From NCBI GenBank assembly GCA_963830365.1, contig CAWHMU010000011.1, forward strand, positions 1-13,780: 13,780 nt of DNA, read 5' to 3'. A program made the position numbers and the translations under genes. This document shows positions 1 through 8,219 of the stretch, piece by piece (position 1 is the stretch's first letter; each line of letters begins with the position of its first letter). Below the pieces are notes generated by a model. The model did no database searches. It was not told where the DNA came from and was given only the letters and a program-made list of their open reading frames with translations. Origin of the DNA: an uncultured Chlamydiae bacterium (lineage in GTDB: Bacteria; Chlamydiota; Chlamydiia; Chlamydiales; Parachlamydiaceae).

Positions 1-2
1 AG

Positions 3-764
3 CTGCGCGCGTTGCTGATGGACAAACTCTTTGTCAATTTCGGTCTCGAGATCTTAAAAGCCATCCCCGGCCGCGTGTCCACCGAAGTCGATGCCCGCCT
101 CTCCTTTGATGTCGAAGGCAGCATCAACAAAGCCCATACGCTGATTAAACTCTACGAAGCTGCCGGCATCTCCAAAGAGCGCATCCTCATCAAGCTGGCC
201 TCCACCTGGGAAGGCGTCAAAGCCGCCGCCCAGCTGGAAAAAGAAGGCATCCACTGCAACATGACGCTGCTTTTCAGCCTGCCCCAGGCCATTGCCTGTG
301 CCGAGGCCAAAGCCACGCTTGTCTCCCCTTTCGTGGGTCGTATCCTCGACTGGTATAAGAAGAGCACTGGCGCCAGCGGTTATGCCCCGACCGAAGATCC
401 GGGCGTGGTGTCTGTGACGCAAATCTACAACTATTATAAGAAATTCGACTACCAGACTGTCGTCATGGGGGCAAGCTTCCGCAACATCGATGAGATCATC
501 GAGCTGGCAGGCTGCGACCTGCTCACCATAGCGCCGGCACTGCTTGAAGAGCTCGCCAAAAGCGCAGGCACAGTCGTCCGCAAGCTCGATGCCGCCCATG
601 CCAAGACATTGCCGCTGCAGAAAATAGCCATGGATGAAAAGACCTTCCGTCTGCAACTAAATGAAAATGCCATGGCCACCGAAAAGCTAGCAGAGGGAAT
701 TCGCAAATTCGCCGAAGATGCCGCCAAACTGGAAAACACCATCGTCAGTGAATTTAAACTGTAG
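3..764 (+). CDS. tal: Transaldolase (5'-partial; frame is open to the window edge)
   Basis: Motifs [25 protein letters not shown] (Schiff-base Lys), [19 protein letters not shown] and VMGASFRN, typical of TalA/TalB. No stop upstream of position 12 in this frame. Confidence 0.97.
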   Translation: MRALLMDKLFVNFGLEILKAIPGRVSTEVDARLSFDVEGSINKAHTLIKLYEAAGISKERILIKLASTWEGVKAAAQLEKEGIHCNMTLLFSLPQAIACAEAKATLVSPFVGRILDWYKKSTGASGYAPTEDPGVVSVTQIYNYYKKFDYQTVVMGASFRNIDEIIELAGCDLLTIAPALLEELAKSAGTVVRKLDAAHAKTLPLQKIAMDEKTFRLQLNENAMATEKLAEGIRKFAEDAAKLENTIVSEFKL

Positions 765-790
765 CACCTTATTAACACTGAGAGAGCCAT

Positions 791-1120
791 ATGAGTTCGC
801 GTTCACACCCTGACGTGCCGGGCCTGCCCTTCGATAAACCAAAACAGATCGAAGCATTGGAGCAGATGAATCGCGCCATGCTCGATTCCATGCCACCGCT
901 TGAAGTCGATGAAACGGTGGCAGAAATTGCCCACGCCGTTGCCACGACCTATAAGCAGAAAGTCAAAAACAGTGATTACGACGGCTGCGTCGAAGTGGTG
1001 GCCGTGGCCCTCAGTGTCACCGGCAGCTCCATCGGCGGGCATGTCGGCAATGCCATGGTCGCCGCCAACCAGCATATGGCCGTTATCGCCTGCCGGCGGG
1101 CCTTCCCCCAAGATGAATAG
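791..1120 (+). CDS. Hypothetical protein, 109 aa
   Basis: ATG preceded by purine-rich GAGAG. Fills the gap between tal and the pentapeptide gene on the same strand. No recognisable motif. Confidence 0.7.
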   Translation: MSSRSHPDVPGLPFDKPKQIEALEQMNRAMLDSMPPLEVDETVAEIAHAVATTYKQKVKNSDYDGCVEVVAVALSVTGSSIGGHVGNAMVAANQHMAVIACRRAFPQDE

Positions 1121-1141
1121 ATCCTGCTGGTTTATACCGTG

Positions 1142-1726
1142 ATGCTTTATGAAGATAAAATACTCAAAGGCTGCGATTATAAAAGCCAAAACCTGCAAGA
1201 CCAAACCTTCCACCACGTAGTCTTTGACAGCTGCCATTTTCAAGCCAGCAACTGGCAGCAGGCCAAGTTTGTCAATTGCCGCTTCAAAAATTGCAACCTA
1301 AGCCTGATCAATCTCACCGGCTGTCGGCTGCAGGATATCGTATTTGAGGAATGCAAGCTGGTGGGGCTTGATTTCTGCAAATGCGCGCAGACCTTTCTAT
1401 CTTTTAGCATGCTGAAAAGTTTTTTGCAGACCTGCAATTTTAGCGATTTATCTTTCAAGAAGACCACTTTCAAAGGCTCGATCATCAGAGAATGTTATTT
1501 CAGCCATACCGATTTAACCGAAACAGACTTCTCCCATACCGACTTGCTGGGCACCACCTTCCACCAATGCAATCTAGCCAAGGCCGACTTCAGGGAGGCC
1601 AAGAACTATTGTATCGACCCCAGCACCAACAACCTGCGCAAAGCGCGTTTCTCCTTCCCCGAAGCCATCGGCCTGCTGCACGGCTTCGGCATCGAATTGC
1701 ACGGCTTCGGCAGCGAGGCCGGGTAG
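1142..1726 (+). CDS. Pentapeptide repeat protein (Qnr/MfpA-like fold)
   Basis: Continuous 5-residue F/L periodicity (FDSCHFQASNW, FVNCRFKNCNL, FSHTDLTETDF) and a C-terminal NNLRKARFSFPEAIGLL. Start is ATG 1142 or GTG 1139. Confidence 0.92.
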   Translation: MLYEDKILKGCDYKSQNLQDQTFHHVVFDSCHFQASNWQQAKFVNCRFKNCNLSLINLTGCRLQDIVFEECKLVGLDFCKCAQTFLSFSMLKSFLQTCNFSDLSFKKTTFKGSIIRECYFSHTDLTETDFSHTDLLGTTFHQCNLAKADFREAKNYCIDPSTNNLRKARFSFPEAIGLLHGFGIELHGFGSEAG

Positions 1727-1767
1727 CCACCGCCAACAAAGTTTTACGAAAGCCGCCTACCATAGCA

Positions 1768-1906
1768 ATTCACCGCAGAGGCACCGAGACAAAGAGAAAC
1801 AAAAGCTTCAGCCGGACCATTATTTGCCGTCTTTGTCTATCCTGCCATCCTGTTTAACGCCTCTTGTTTCTCTGTGCCGCTGTGCCTCTGTGCCTGTGTG
1901 GTGAAT
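1768..1906. repeat. Imperfect inverted repeat built from 8-nt periodic units
   Basis: Left arm ATTCACCGCAGAG-GCACCGAG-ACAAAGAG-AAACAAAAG (1768-1805). Right arm ...TTGTTTCTCTGTGC-CGCTGTGC-CTCTGTGC-CTGTGTGGTGAAT (1860-1906). Lies between convergent genes. Confidence 0.7.
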
Positions 1907-2015
1907 CACCTTCTTTTGCGACCTTTTCGCTCTTGGCGTTGAATCGCATTCACAGGCTATTGAATAGATATAATGTTAGGGATTCTGTTATACACACAGC
2001 CATTTCCCGGCTTTG

Positions 2016-2975
2016 CTACCAGTTCCAGTACCAGCGGCAATAGCAGTCGCGTACAATCGTCTCTTGGCGCCTCACGGGCTGATAGAGGAGCGGTGATTGA
2101 CAGCCGCACTTGAATTCCTCAGCATCCCCCCAAAAAGGTATGGTGATGCCGATTTGCGCCTGCACGCGCGTGTTGAAGCGGTTGTCGTGCGTGGCACTCA
2201 CAGCAACGACCACATAATTCCAAAAGTTTCCTACAATCGAAACCCTTCCTCCAAAGATGTCCGTCTCACACTCTGCCGGAAAGTAATAATAGGGGCCGGC
2301 TGCAAGAGACAGTCGGTTGCCGTTGCAAAAGGTGAATATGCGCTCGACTTCAAAATCCAACCCCATGAAACTGGTTTCATATTCCTGATTGAAGGCAAAA
2401 TACCCACCCACATAGTGATCGAAGATGCAGAGATCCCGCATGGTACCATATTTCAGACCGATCGGCAGATATCCGTTCAGGCGCGAGGCCCAGCAATGTC
2501 CTAACAGCTCCAGGCCGATGCCTACCTGGTTGAAATTATTGAATTTGGTGTTGTGGTAATCGTGGTAAAAATTGACGCCGACAACCTTATTGATACCTTC
2601 AAACCAATACCTGAGGCCTAATCCTTCGTTGGAGGCATAGGTATCGTCATCAAAGCGGTGGATGCGCAAATCGAAAAACGGCTGGAAGCCTTTAAAAGGC
2701 GAAAGTACAAACAGCTGACCTTCCAGTGTAGTATAGGCCCTGCTGCTGCCTAGGCTCTGGCCGAAGTTCTGCCGCAGCGTGATGCTGGCCGGTGCAAAGG
2801 CGTAGTTTTCATAATCATCATCCTCTTCTGCTTGAGCTACGGCCTCATTACTTGTTTCCCAGGGAGTTTCTTGCAGTGAATAATCATCGGCATGGCATTT
2901 TTGAAAAGCGATCAGTAGCGCAGCTAGAATGGTAAACATTTTATTAAATATGTTTTGAGACGGTCTCTCAATCAT
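2016..2975 (-). CDS. Inverse autotransporter beta-domain-like outer membrane protein without a passenger domain
   Basis: Hydrophobic signal-like N-terminus and amphipathic strands NEGLGLRY, VVGVNFYHDY, FNQVGIGLELLG, RLNGYLPIG and the PVRRQETI motif, resembling intimin/invasin-type beta domains as seen in Chlamydiae. Confidence 0.75.
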   Translation of the reverse strand: MIERPSQNIFNKMFTILAALLIAFQKCHADDYSLQETPWETSNEAVAQAEEDDDYENYAFAPASITLRQNFGQSLGSSRAYTTLEGQLFVLSPFKGFQPFFDLRIHRFDDDTYASNEGLGLRYWFEGINKVVGVNFYHDYHNTKFNNFNQVGIGLELLGHCWASRLNGYLPIGLKYGTMRDLCIFDHYVGGYFAFNQEYETSFMGLDFEVERIFTFCNGNRLSLAAGPYYYFPAECETDIFGGRVSIVGNFWNYVVVAVSATHDNRFNTRVQAQIGITIPFWGDAEEFKCGCQSPLLYQPVRRQETIVRDCYCRWYWNW

Positions 2976-3204
2976 AAAATCAACAAATTAAATCCGCATA
3001 AAACCTTTCATATCATGGGTTTACTTCCTCTTATTTACTCATTTTTAATTTGATTATATAGCACACAGCTAACGGCCACGCAAGACGCATTTGCATATGA
3101 TTTATTTTAACCGGCAGTTTTTCATGCCGACCATGCTTTTTTCTAAAAAACCTATTTCAAGCAATCAATGAGAAGATTAGAATCATCATGTAAAACTATG
3201 TGGC

Positions 3205-3834
3205 ATGGATATGGATTGCTTACTTGAGAATGATATTCTGGTAAATTGGCTCCTGCAATATGGCGGCTTGGCATTGTTTTTCCTGCTGGCCATCGGCATT
3301 GTGGCCCTGCCGGTACCGGAGGAGACACTGATGGTGTTAACGGGACTTGCCATGCATAGCGGCAAGCTGCCGATCACATCCACCATCATTGCCGCCTATG
3401 GCGGCAGCATTTGCGGCATTACCATGAGCTACTGGCTGGGACGCACCGCCGGGGTGTACTTTTTCCACAAATATGGGAAATGGCTGGGAATCAGGGAAAA
3501 ACAACTCCAAAAGGTCCATATATGGTTCGAGCATTGGGGAAAATGGACATTATTATTTGGCTATTTCATTCCGGGAGTGCGCCATTTTACAGGCTTCACC
3601 GCGGGTACCACCGACCTGGAATATAAACATTTTGCACTTTTTGCCTATACCGGCGCCATCTTCTGGGTATCGACCTTCCTCTCAATCGGCTATTTTTTTG
3701 GCAACTACTGCTTTGCGGTACTTAAAGGACTGGAGCTCAGTGGAGAGGAAATAGTCATCGGATCCATCGTATTGGCATGTGGTGGCTATATTGCCTATCG
3801 ATATATCAAAAGAAAACGGCATCACCATAATTAA
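3205..3834 (+). CDS. dedA: DedA (SNARE-associated/VTT domain) membrane protein
   Basis: LPVPEETLMVLTG, SYWLGR.G and FIPGVRHFTGFTAG motifs plus several TM segments. Confidence 0.93.
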   Translation: MDMDCLLENDILVNWLLQYGGLALFFLLAIGIVALPVPEETLMVLTGLAMHSGKLPITSTIIAAYGGSICGITMSYWLGRTAGVYFFHKYGKWLGIREKQLQKVHIWFEHWGKWTLLFGYFIPGVRHFTGFTAGTTDLEYKHFALFAYTGAIFWVSTFLSIGYFFGNYCFAVLKGLELSGEEIVIGSIVLACGGYIAYRYIKRKRHHHN

Positions 3835-3883
3835 TTCTTTATTAAGTATCTTAAAACACCTTCGCAAAACATAGAAAACAAAT

Positions 3884-4474
3884 ATGACAAATTCCTTACC
3901 TCACGCACGCTGCTCATGGGTGCAAATCGGCAACACCCTTTACGAGGAATATCACGATACTGAATGGGGCATCCCTGTACATGATGATGCAAAACATTTT
4001 GAATTTCTCATCCTGGAAGGAGCACAAGCCGGCCTTAGCTGGCTGACAATTCTGCAACGCCGCGCCAGCTACCGCCAAGCCTTTGCCAATTTCAATCCCA
4101 AAAAAGTTGCCGCCTTCGACGAACGCAAGATCGCCGAACTGCTCACCTTCGAGGGGATCATCCGCAATAAATTAAAAGTACTGTCCGCTGTCAATAACGC
4201 CAAACGCTTCCTCGAAGTCCAGGCTGAATTCGGCAGCTTCGATGCCTATATTTGGCAGTTTGTCGACGGCAAACCCAAGCAAAACCGCTGGAAATCATGC
4301 CAGCAAGTCCCCTCGGAAACCAAAGAATCCCAAGCCTTAAGCCAGGACTTGAAGCAAAGAGGCTTTACCTTTGTCGGCCCGATCGTCATGTACGCCTATA
4401 TGCAGGCGACAGGCCTTGTCAATGACCATACCAGCAACTGTTTCTGCTGCCAGCGCGATAAGAAGTCGAAATAG
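3884..4474 (+). CDS. tag: DNA-3-methyladenine glycosylase I
   Basis: RCSW, YHDTEWG, LEGAQAGLSW, IIRNKLK, GFTFVGP and GLVNDH...C motifs, including the Zn-binding C/H residues. Confidence 0.97.
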   Translation: MTNSLPHARCSWVQIGNTLYEEYHDTEWGIPVHDDAKHFEFLILEGAQAGLSWLTILQRRASYRQAFANFNPKKVAAFDERKIAELLTFEGIIRNKLKVLSAVNNAKRFLEVQAEFGSFDAYIWQFVDGKPKQNRWKSCQQVPSETKESQALSQDLKQRGFTFVGPIVMYAYMQATGLVNDHTSNCFCCQRDKKSK

Positions 4475-4843
4475 CGGATCGTGCGAACGGCGTTATATCC
4501 TTTTTGCACCCACAGATGCAAGAAAGGGCCGGGCATGGACGTCCCTTTTAAAGTTCATCCGGTTTTGTAGGACCAACCCGGAAAAGGGTGCATAGAAATG
4601 AGGGATTGCAGGTAACACATCGGAGCAAAAATAACAGGATATTAGGATGGACATGGTGAAAGATGTAAATTTTAGTTTCCCAACTATGTGATTTATGCAA
4701 ATCTTGGGTGATCATCCAATTTTCATATCCAGACCATCGTAATATCCTGTTTTTTTGCCTGCTCTTTTCTCTATGTAAGTCCTGATAAAGCGGAAGAACC
4801 TCTTTTAAAATCCCCATTTTAGCTCCAGTTCCCCATCACGCCG

Positions 4844-5254
4844 TTTTAATTAAAAAGATTTGATAGGTAGCACGGGTATTGGTTTAACTTCGGCCAGCAT
4901 GCATTTGCTGCTATGCCCCGTCAAGGGGCGGCCATATTTGTAGCCCACGGTGTAGCGTCAACGACGCAAACCGTGGGTCACCATCCCAAAGCAATCCAGC
5001 CCCAGAGGGGCGTTATAATTCCTTCACTGCTATCAGCAAGGATGAAAATCAAAAAACAATTATAACGCCCCCTCGGGGCTGTTTTTCTTTCTTATGATAA
5101 CCATGGTTTGTGCCCTTGGCACTACACCATGGGCTACAAATATGGCCGCCCCTTGACGGGGCTCAGCAAAAAAGACATCATGCCAAATCGGACGCGCGCT
5201 CTGGCACGGCGAGTTTATATCACTGAATAGCCTATCAAAACTTTTTAATCAAAA
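4844..5254. repeat. 24-bp inverted repeat pair bracketing REPIN-like element 1
   Basis: TTTTAATTAAAAAGATTTGATAGG (4844-4867) vs CCTATCAAAACTTTTTAATCAAAA (5231-5254), 22/24 complementary. No outer target duplication seen. Confidence 0.65.
4915..5162. repeat. REP-doublet (REPIN-like) element 1
   Basis: Outer arms 4915-4955 and 5122-5162 are 40/41 complementary. Inner arms 4997-5020 and 5058-5081 are 21/24. Each half is a GCCCC-n-GGGGC mini-hairpin, then GTAG plus a branched hairpin, then a second GCCCC-n-GGGGC. Confidence 0.85.
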
Positions 5255-5527
5255 GACCCTGGTTTCCCCATTCATAAACCCGTATGACCCTTCTTCGTAA
5301 TCAGCACTCGATATCGCTAGCTAAATTGCTTCCGTTGTGTCTCCGCGTCTTCTCTACGTTTAGACAAGTGCATTGGTTATTAAGGCATTACAATATTTCC
5401 CGTTTTTTTTATGATCATATATTCCAGAAGATTCAACGAAAAGAAGCGGCACAAGGCGCAAAGAAAAACAAGGAGCACGTTGCCTAGCGAGAAATAAAGT
5501 GAAAGGCAACACCATGAAAATAAAAGT

Positions 5528-6061
5528 GGTTCATCCGACAAATGAGGACCTCGACTCGTAGAGATAATAAAGCTGGTTTAAAATATTCCATATTCAAGAA
5601 GTCGTATACTTGTCTTTTCGACGAAGGTTTGCAAGTAGGCTAAAATGTGCACTTACCGCGGCAGCGGTCAACAGATTTCAGCCCCGCGTGCAGGTGCTTC
5701 CTGCGCCGGAACGTGGGGTTCGCATAAATTTAAAAGGCAACCGCGGCAGCGGTGTAAGAGGTCTACAAAGCTCTTACACCGCTGCCGCGGTTTTGATATT
5801 ATGTGTATTCTGACCCCACGTTCCGGCGCAGGAAGCGCCTGCACGCGGGGCTGAAATCTGCTGACCGCTACCGCGGTATAAGGCACTATCCAACAGCTTA
5901 ATTTGAGCTACATAAGTACTTTTGCAATTTTCTCAAACGAGGATTGTAGAAGGTTTACTCAAGATCTCAAGCAGTTCACAAAGTTCTGATAATAAAGGTT
6001 CATAAAAATCTGAAGACTTAATACTTTTACCTGCTAAAGGTCCTCATTTGTCGGATGAACC
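5528..6061. mobile_element. Non-autonomous MITE, 534 bp, with 24-bp perfect TIRs and an 8-bp target site duplication
   Basis: TIR GGTTCATCCGACAAATGAGGACCT (5528-5551) and its exact reverse complement (6038-6061), flanked by ATAAAAGT at 5520-5527 and 6062-6069. No transposase ORF inside. Confidence 0.9.
5654..5878. repeat. REP-doublet (REPIN-like) element 2, nested in the MITE
   Basis: Outer arms 5654-5719 and 5813-5878 are 63/66 complementary. Inner arms 5739-5760 and 5771-5792 are a perfect 22 bp with a 10-nt loop. Four copies of the mini-palindrome ACCGC-GGYA-GCGGT, two per strand. Confidence 0.88.
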
Positions 6062-6230
6062 ATAAAAGTTTTAAAATTTGTTATTTAGGAGAGGACGAGA
6101 CGCAACGAAAATCTAAAATGGAGAAAGGGCACGGCCTGAGAGTATGACGGTTTGATTTTGCTGGTTATATACCACGCGCGGTATACAAGCATCTTGTTGA
6201 TGAACTGTCTAATATGGCTGCTTGGATATC

Positions 6231-6269
6231 ATAATAAAACCACAGAGCCCGCTGGTAGGGCTCTGTGGT
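6231..6269 (-). terminator. Rho-independent terminator of the OMP gene
   Basis: Perfect 12-bp stem ACCACAGAGCCC / GGGCTCTGTGGT (6239-6250 / 6258-6269) with a 7-nt loop, followed by TTTATTAT on the minus strand, 22 nt after the stop at 6292. Confidence 0.8.
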
Positions 6270-6291
6270 ACATTTTTAGAGCAATTACTGA

Positions 6292-6978
6292 CTAGAAGCT
6301 ATAGCCTGCGCCGACGCCGAACTTCAAACCGCTCATATTGAGATCATATTCCTGGACGAATGGTTCAGAATGGGATGAAGACTTGGTAAAACGGGTGTAG
6401 TAATAATCTACAAAACCTTCAAAGAAGACATTGCAGGTATAGTGATAGATAAAGCCTGTCTTCACAGTGCCACCGAAGGCTTGTTTGCGCACATGCTCCT
6501 TCACAAACTCTGAATGGTCATGGATCCTAAGGAAGCTATAGGTGGCGCCCAAGCCCAGATAGAGATCGACATCGCAGGTCACGGGCTGCACCCATTTTAA
6601 GCCTGCGCTTAAAGGGATGAGTTGCAATTCAGTCTTATTTTCCAAGCCAAGGGATTTCCCTTCATTCCAGATATAGCCGGCATTGACCCAGCCACTCACA
6701 CACTCCCAAACGGGCATGGAGGCTTCGACTTCCAGACTCGGCAGGGCATCATTATAAATTTTGCGCACCTTCGATTCGAAAGGTACAAAAGCGGCAAACC
6801 GCCCCTCTATAGTGGCGCCTTCAAACAACTCACAGCAGCTGTCAAAACAGCCGCTATTGCAATTGTCTGTCATATTGCTATAGCAGTCGTTATGGAAATT
6901 ATCATAGGGGTTTGCCATGGCAAACGGTGATTGAAGGCAAACAGCCAATAAAAAGATGGCGCCGAGAATTTTTTTCAT
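6292..6978 (-). CDS. Outer membrane beta-barrel protein (OmpA/OmpW-like 8-stranded)
   Basis: Sec signal peptide (MKKILGAIFLLAVCLQSPFAMA), Cys-rich linker, amphipathic strands (LYLGLGATY) and the C-terminal beta-signal GVGAGYSF. Confidence 0.85.
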   Translation of the reverse strand: MKKILGAIFLLAVCLQSPFAMANPYDNFHNDCYSNMTDNCNSGCFDSCCELFEGATIEGRFAAFVPFESKVRKIYNDALPSLEVEASMPVWECVSGWVNAGYIWNEGKSLGLENKTELQLIPLSAGLKWVQPVTCDVDLYLGLGATYSFLRIHDHSEFVKEHVRKQAFGGTVKTGFIYHYTCNVFFEGFVDYYYTRFTKSSSHSEPFVQEYDLNMSGLKFGVGAGYSF

Positions 6979-7045
6979 ATTACTTCGTCCTTAAAAAGAG
7001 TTTTCTTTAGACATCCAAAAGGGAAAAATTGCATTGATTTCCATG

Positions 7046-7211
7046 TATACCAGGATCTAGTGAGAATTTGACATCTTGGACTGCGCGAAAGCTCTCGCGG
7101 TTGCAGGATCGTAAGCCACCCAATATTAGCGAATATGGGGTGGCTTACGATCCTGCAATCCCGAGGTTTTGGCGCGACCAATATGTCAAATCCTCACTAG
7201 ATTCTGGTATA
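7046..7211. mobile_element. Palindromic MITE-like element, 166 bp, TATAC...GTATA ends
   Basis: Terminal arms TATACCAGGATCTAGTGAGAATTTGACAT / ATGTCAAATCCTCACTAGATTCTGGTATA (27/29) and an inner perfect 21-bp stem (7101-7121 / 7138-7158). TA at both ends fits a TA target duplication. Confidence 0.8.
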
Positions 7212-7263
7212 TATGACATATAGGCATTTTAATGCCAAACCTTTAAACCAGATGCTGCATACT

Positions 7264-8211
7264 TCAATGCAAAAGATGCCACAAAAGGGCGATCTCCAGC
7301 AAATACAGCGCCGCCACTACCACGATGCCAATGAGGGTCGTCTTGCCACCATCAGCCACCTGCGGCGATAGCCACCACCCCAAAAAGAAAATGGCCAGTG
7401 GCATCATCGGCCACGACACCAACGCCACGCTCAAGGCGTTACCGATGAAGGTCGCAAGGCTGCTATTGAAGCCGCTAAGCCATGGGGAAAGAAATTTAAG
7501 CTCGAGCATGACGATCGGGAACAGCACCAGCAGCACAATCATGGTCTGCTTCCATACCGGAGGGGCTTGACCGCCCTTTGTAATCGACGCAAACCAACCG
7601 GCATAAGGCGAAATCACGCGGTGGCTTTCAAGGGATGAAATCAGGGATTTGGATTCATCGAGCATCGCCGCCCGCTCTTTGGACAACAGCCAACCATCCA
7701 GATTTTCCGGGGTATCGAATTGCAACAGCGTGATCCAATTCTGGCCCTGACCTTTGCTTGGCGACTGCACATAAACGCCCCTGAAGCCTGGAAATCTGGC
7801 TTCGGCCTGATGGATTTTGGCGATCCACTCACGATAAATCCCTTCCTTATCCGGACTCACCTGGGTGACAATTACTTCCGTCACCGCCCCCTGCTTATCC
7901 AAAGCGGCAGCTCCCATCTCGCTAAAAGCCTCAGGCTCTGCTGCCAGGAGGGGCTGCAATTCGGCCAGCAGCTGTTGCCAGGCGATTGAGGCGCGCCATT
8001 TGGCGATAGCATCAACGCTATAAAATCGTTGCACCACCATCCAGGCAAAGTCCTTGCCGGCTGTCGGAGAGGAAATTTCCAGGCTAACGAAGCCCGGAAA
8101 GGCTGCGATCATGGCATTCAAGCTGGCCTGCCAATCGACAAAGTCGCTTTTGCAGGCCGGCTTGATGCGGATCTTGTTGACGATGCAAGTATCGGTTACA
8201 GGTGATGTCAT
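7264..8211 (-). CDS. Antibiotic biosynthesis monooxygenase (ABM)-like double-domain protein with C-terminal membrane segments
   Basis: Two repeats of FPGF...W....F.....W and a PPVWKQ...LLVLFP motif followed by TM helices. Start placed at ATG 8211 (MTSPV), 8 nt after the deaminase stop, rather than the overlapping 8262. Confidence 0.8.
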   Translation of the reverse strand: MTSPVTDTCIVNKIRIKPACKSDFVDWQASLNAMIAAFPGFVSLEISSPTAGKDFAWMVVQRFYSVDAIAKWRASIAWQQLLAELQPLLAAEPEAFSEMGAAALDKQGAVTEVIVTQVSPDKEGIYREWIAKIHQAEARFPGFRGVYVQSPSKGQGQNWITLLQFDTPENLDGWLLSKERAAMLDESKSLISSLESHRVISPYAGWFASITKGGQAPPVWKQTMIVLLVLFPIVMLELKFLSPWLSGFNSSLATFIGNALSVALVSWPMMPLAIFFLGWWLSPQVADGGKTTLIGIVVVAALYLLEIALLWHLLH

Positions 8212-8219
8212 ATCCCGAC

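Noticed and set aside
4499..4598. Possible structured RNA after tag (TGCACCC/GGGTGCA enclosing two small stems, or the alternative hairpin CCTTTTTGCA/TGCAAGAAAGG)
   Set aside because: Stems are short and mutually exclusive, and I recognise no riboswitch or ribozyme core. At most a weak terminator.
4548..4817. 89-aa minus-strand ORF with an SD-like GGAG
   Set aside because: No recognisable motif and atypical composition, next to repeat elements. It cannot be supported, though a small orphan gene is not excluded.
4915..5878. CRISPR array interpretation of the recurring short palindromes
   Set aside because: Copies are inverted, number only two per strand, lack regular unique spacers, and no cas gene is present.
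5610..5886. Short ORFs on both strands with near-identical peptides (FQPRVQ.LPAPERGVRI)
   Set aside because: A by-product of the DNA palindrome, with no evidence of translation.
5514..6088. Empty-site mini-ORF MKIKVLKFVI* (GAAAGG upstream) interrupted by the MITE
   Set aside because: Only 10 codons, which is expected by chance in AT-rich DNA.
6168..6185. TATACC-ACGCGC-GGTATA mini-palindrome resembling collapsed MITE ends
   Set aside because: A 6-bp stem is too short to distinguish from chance.
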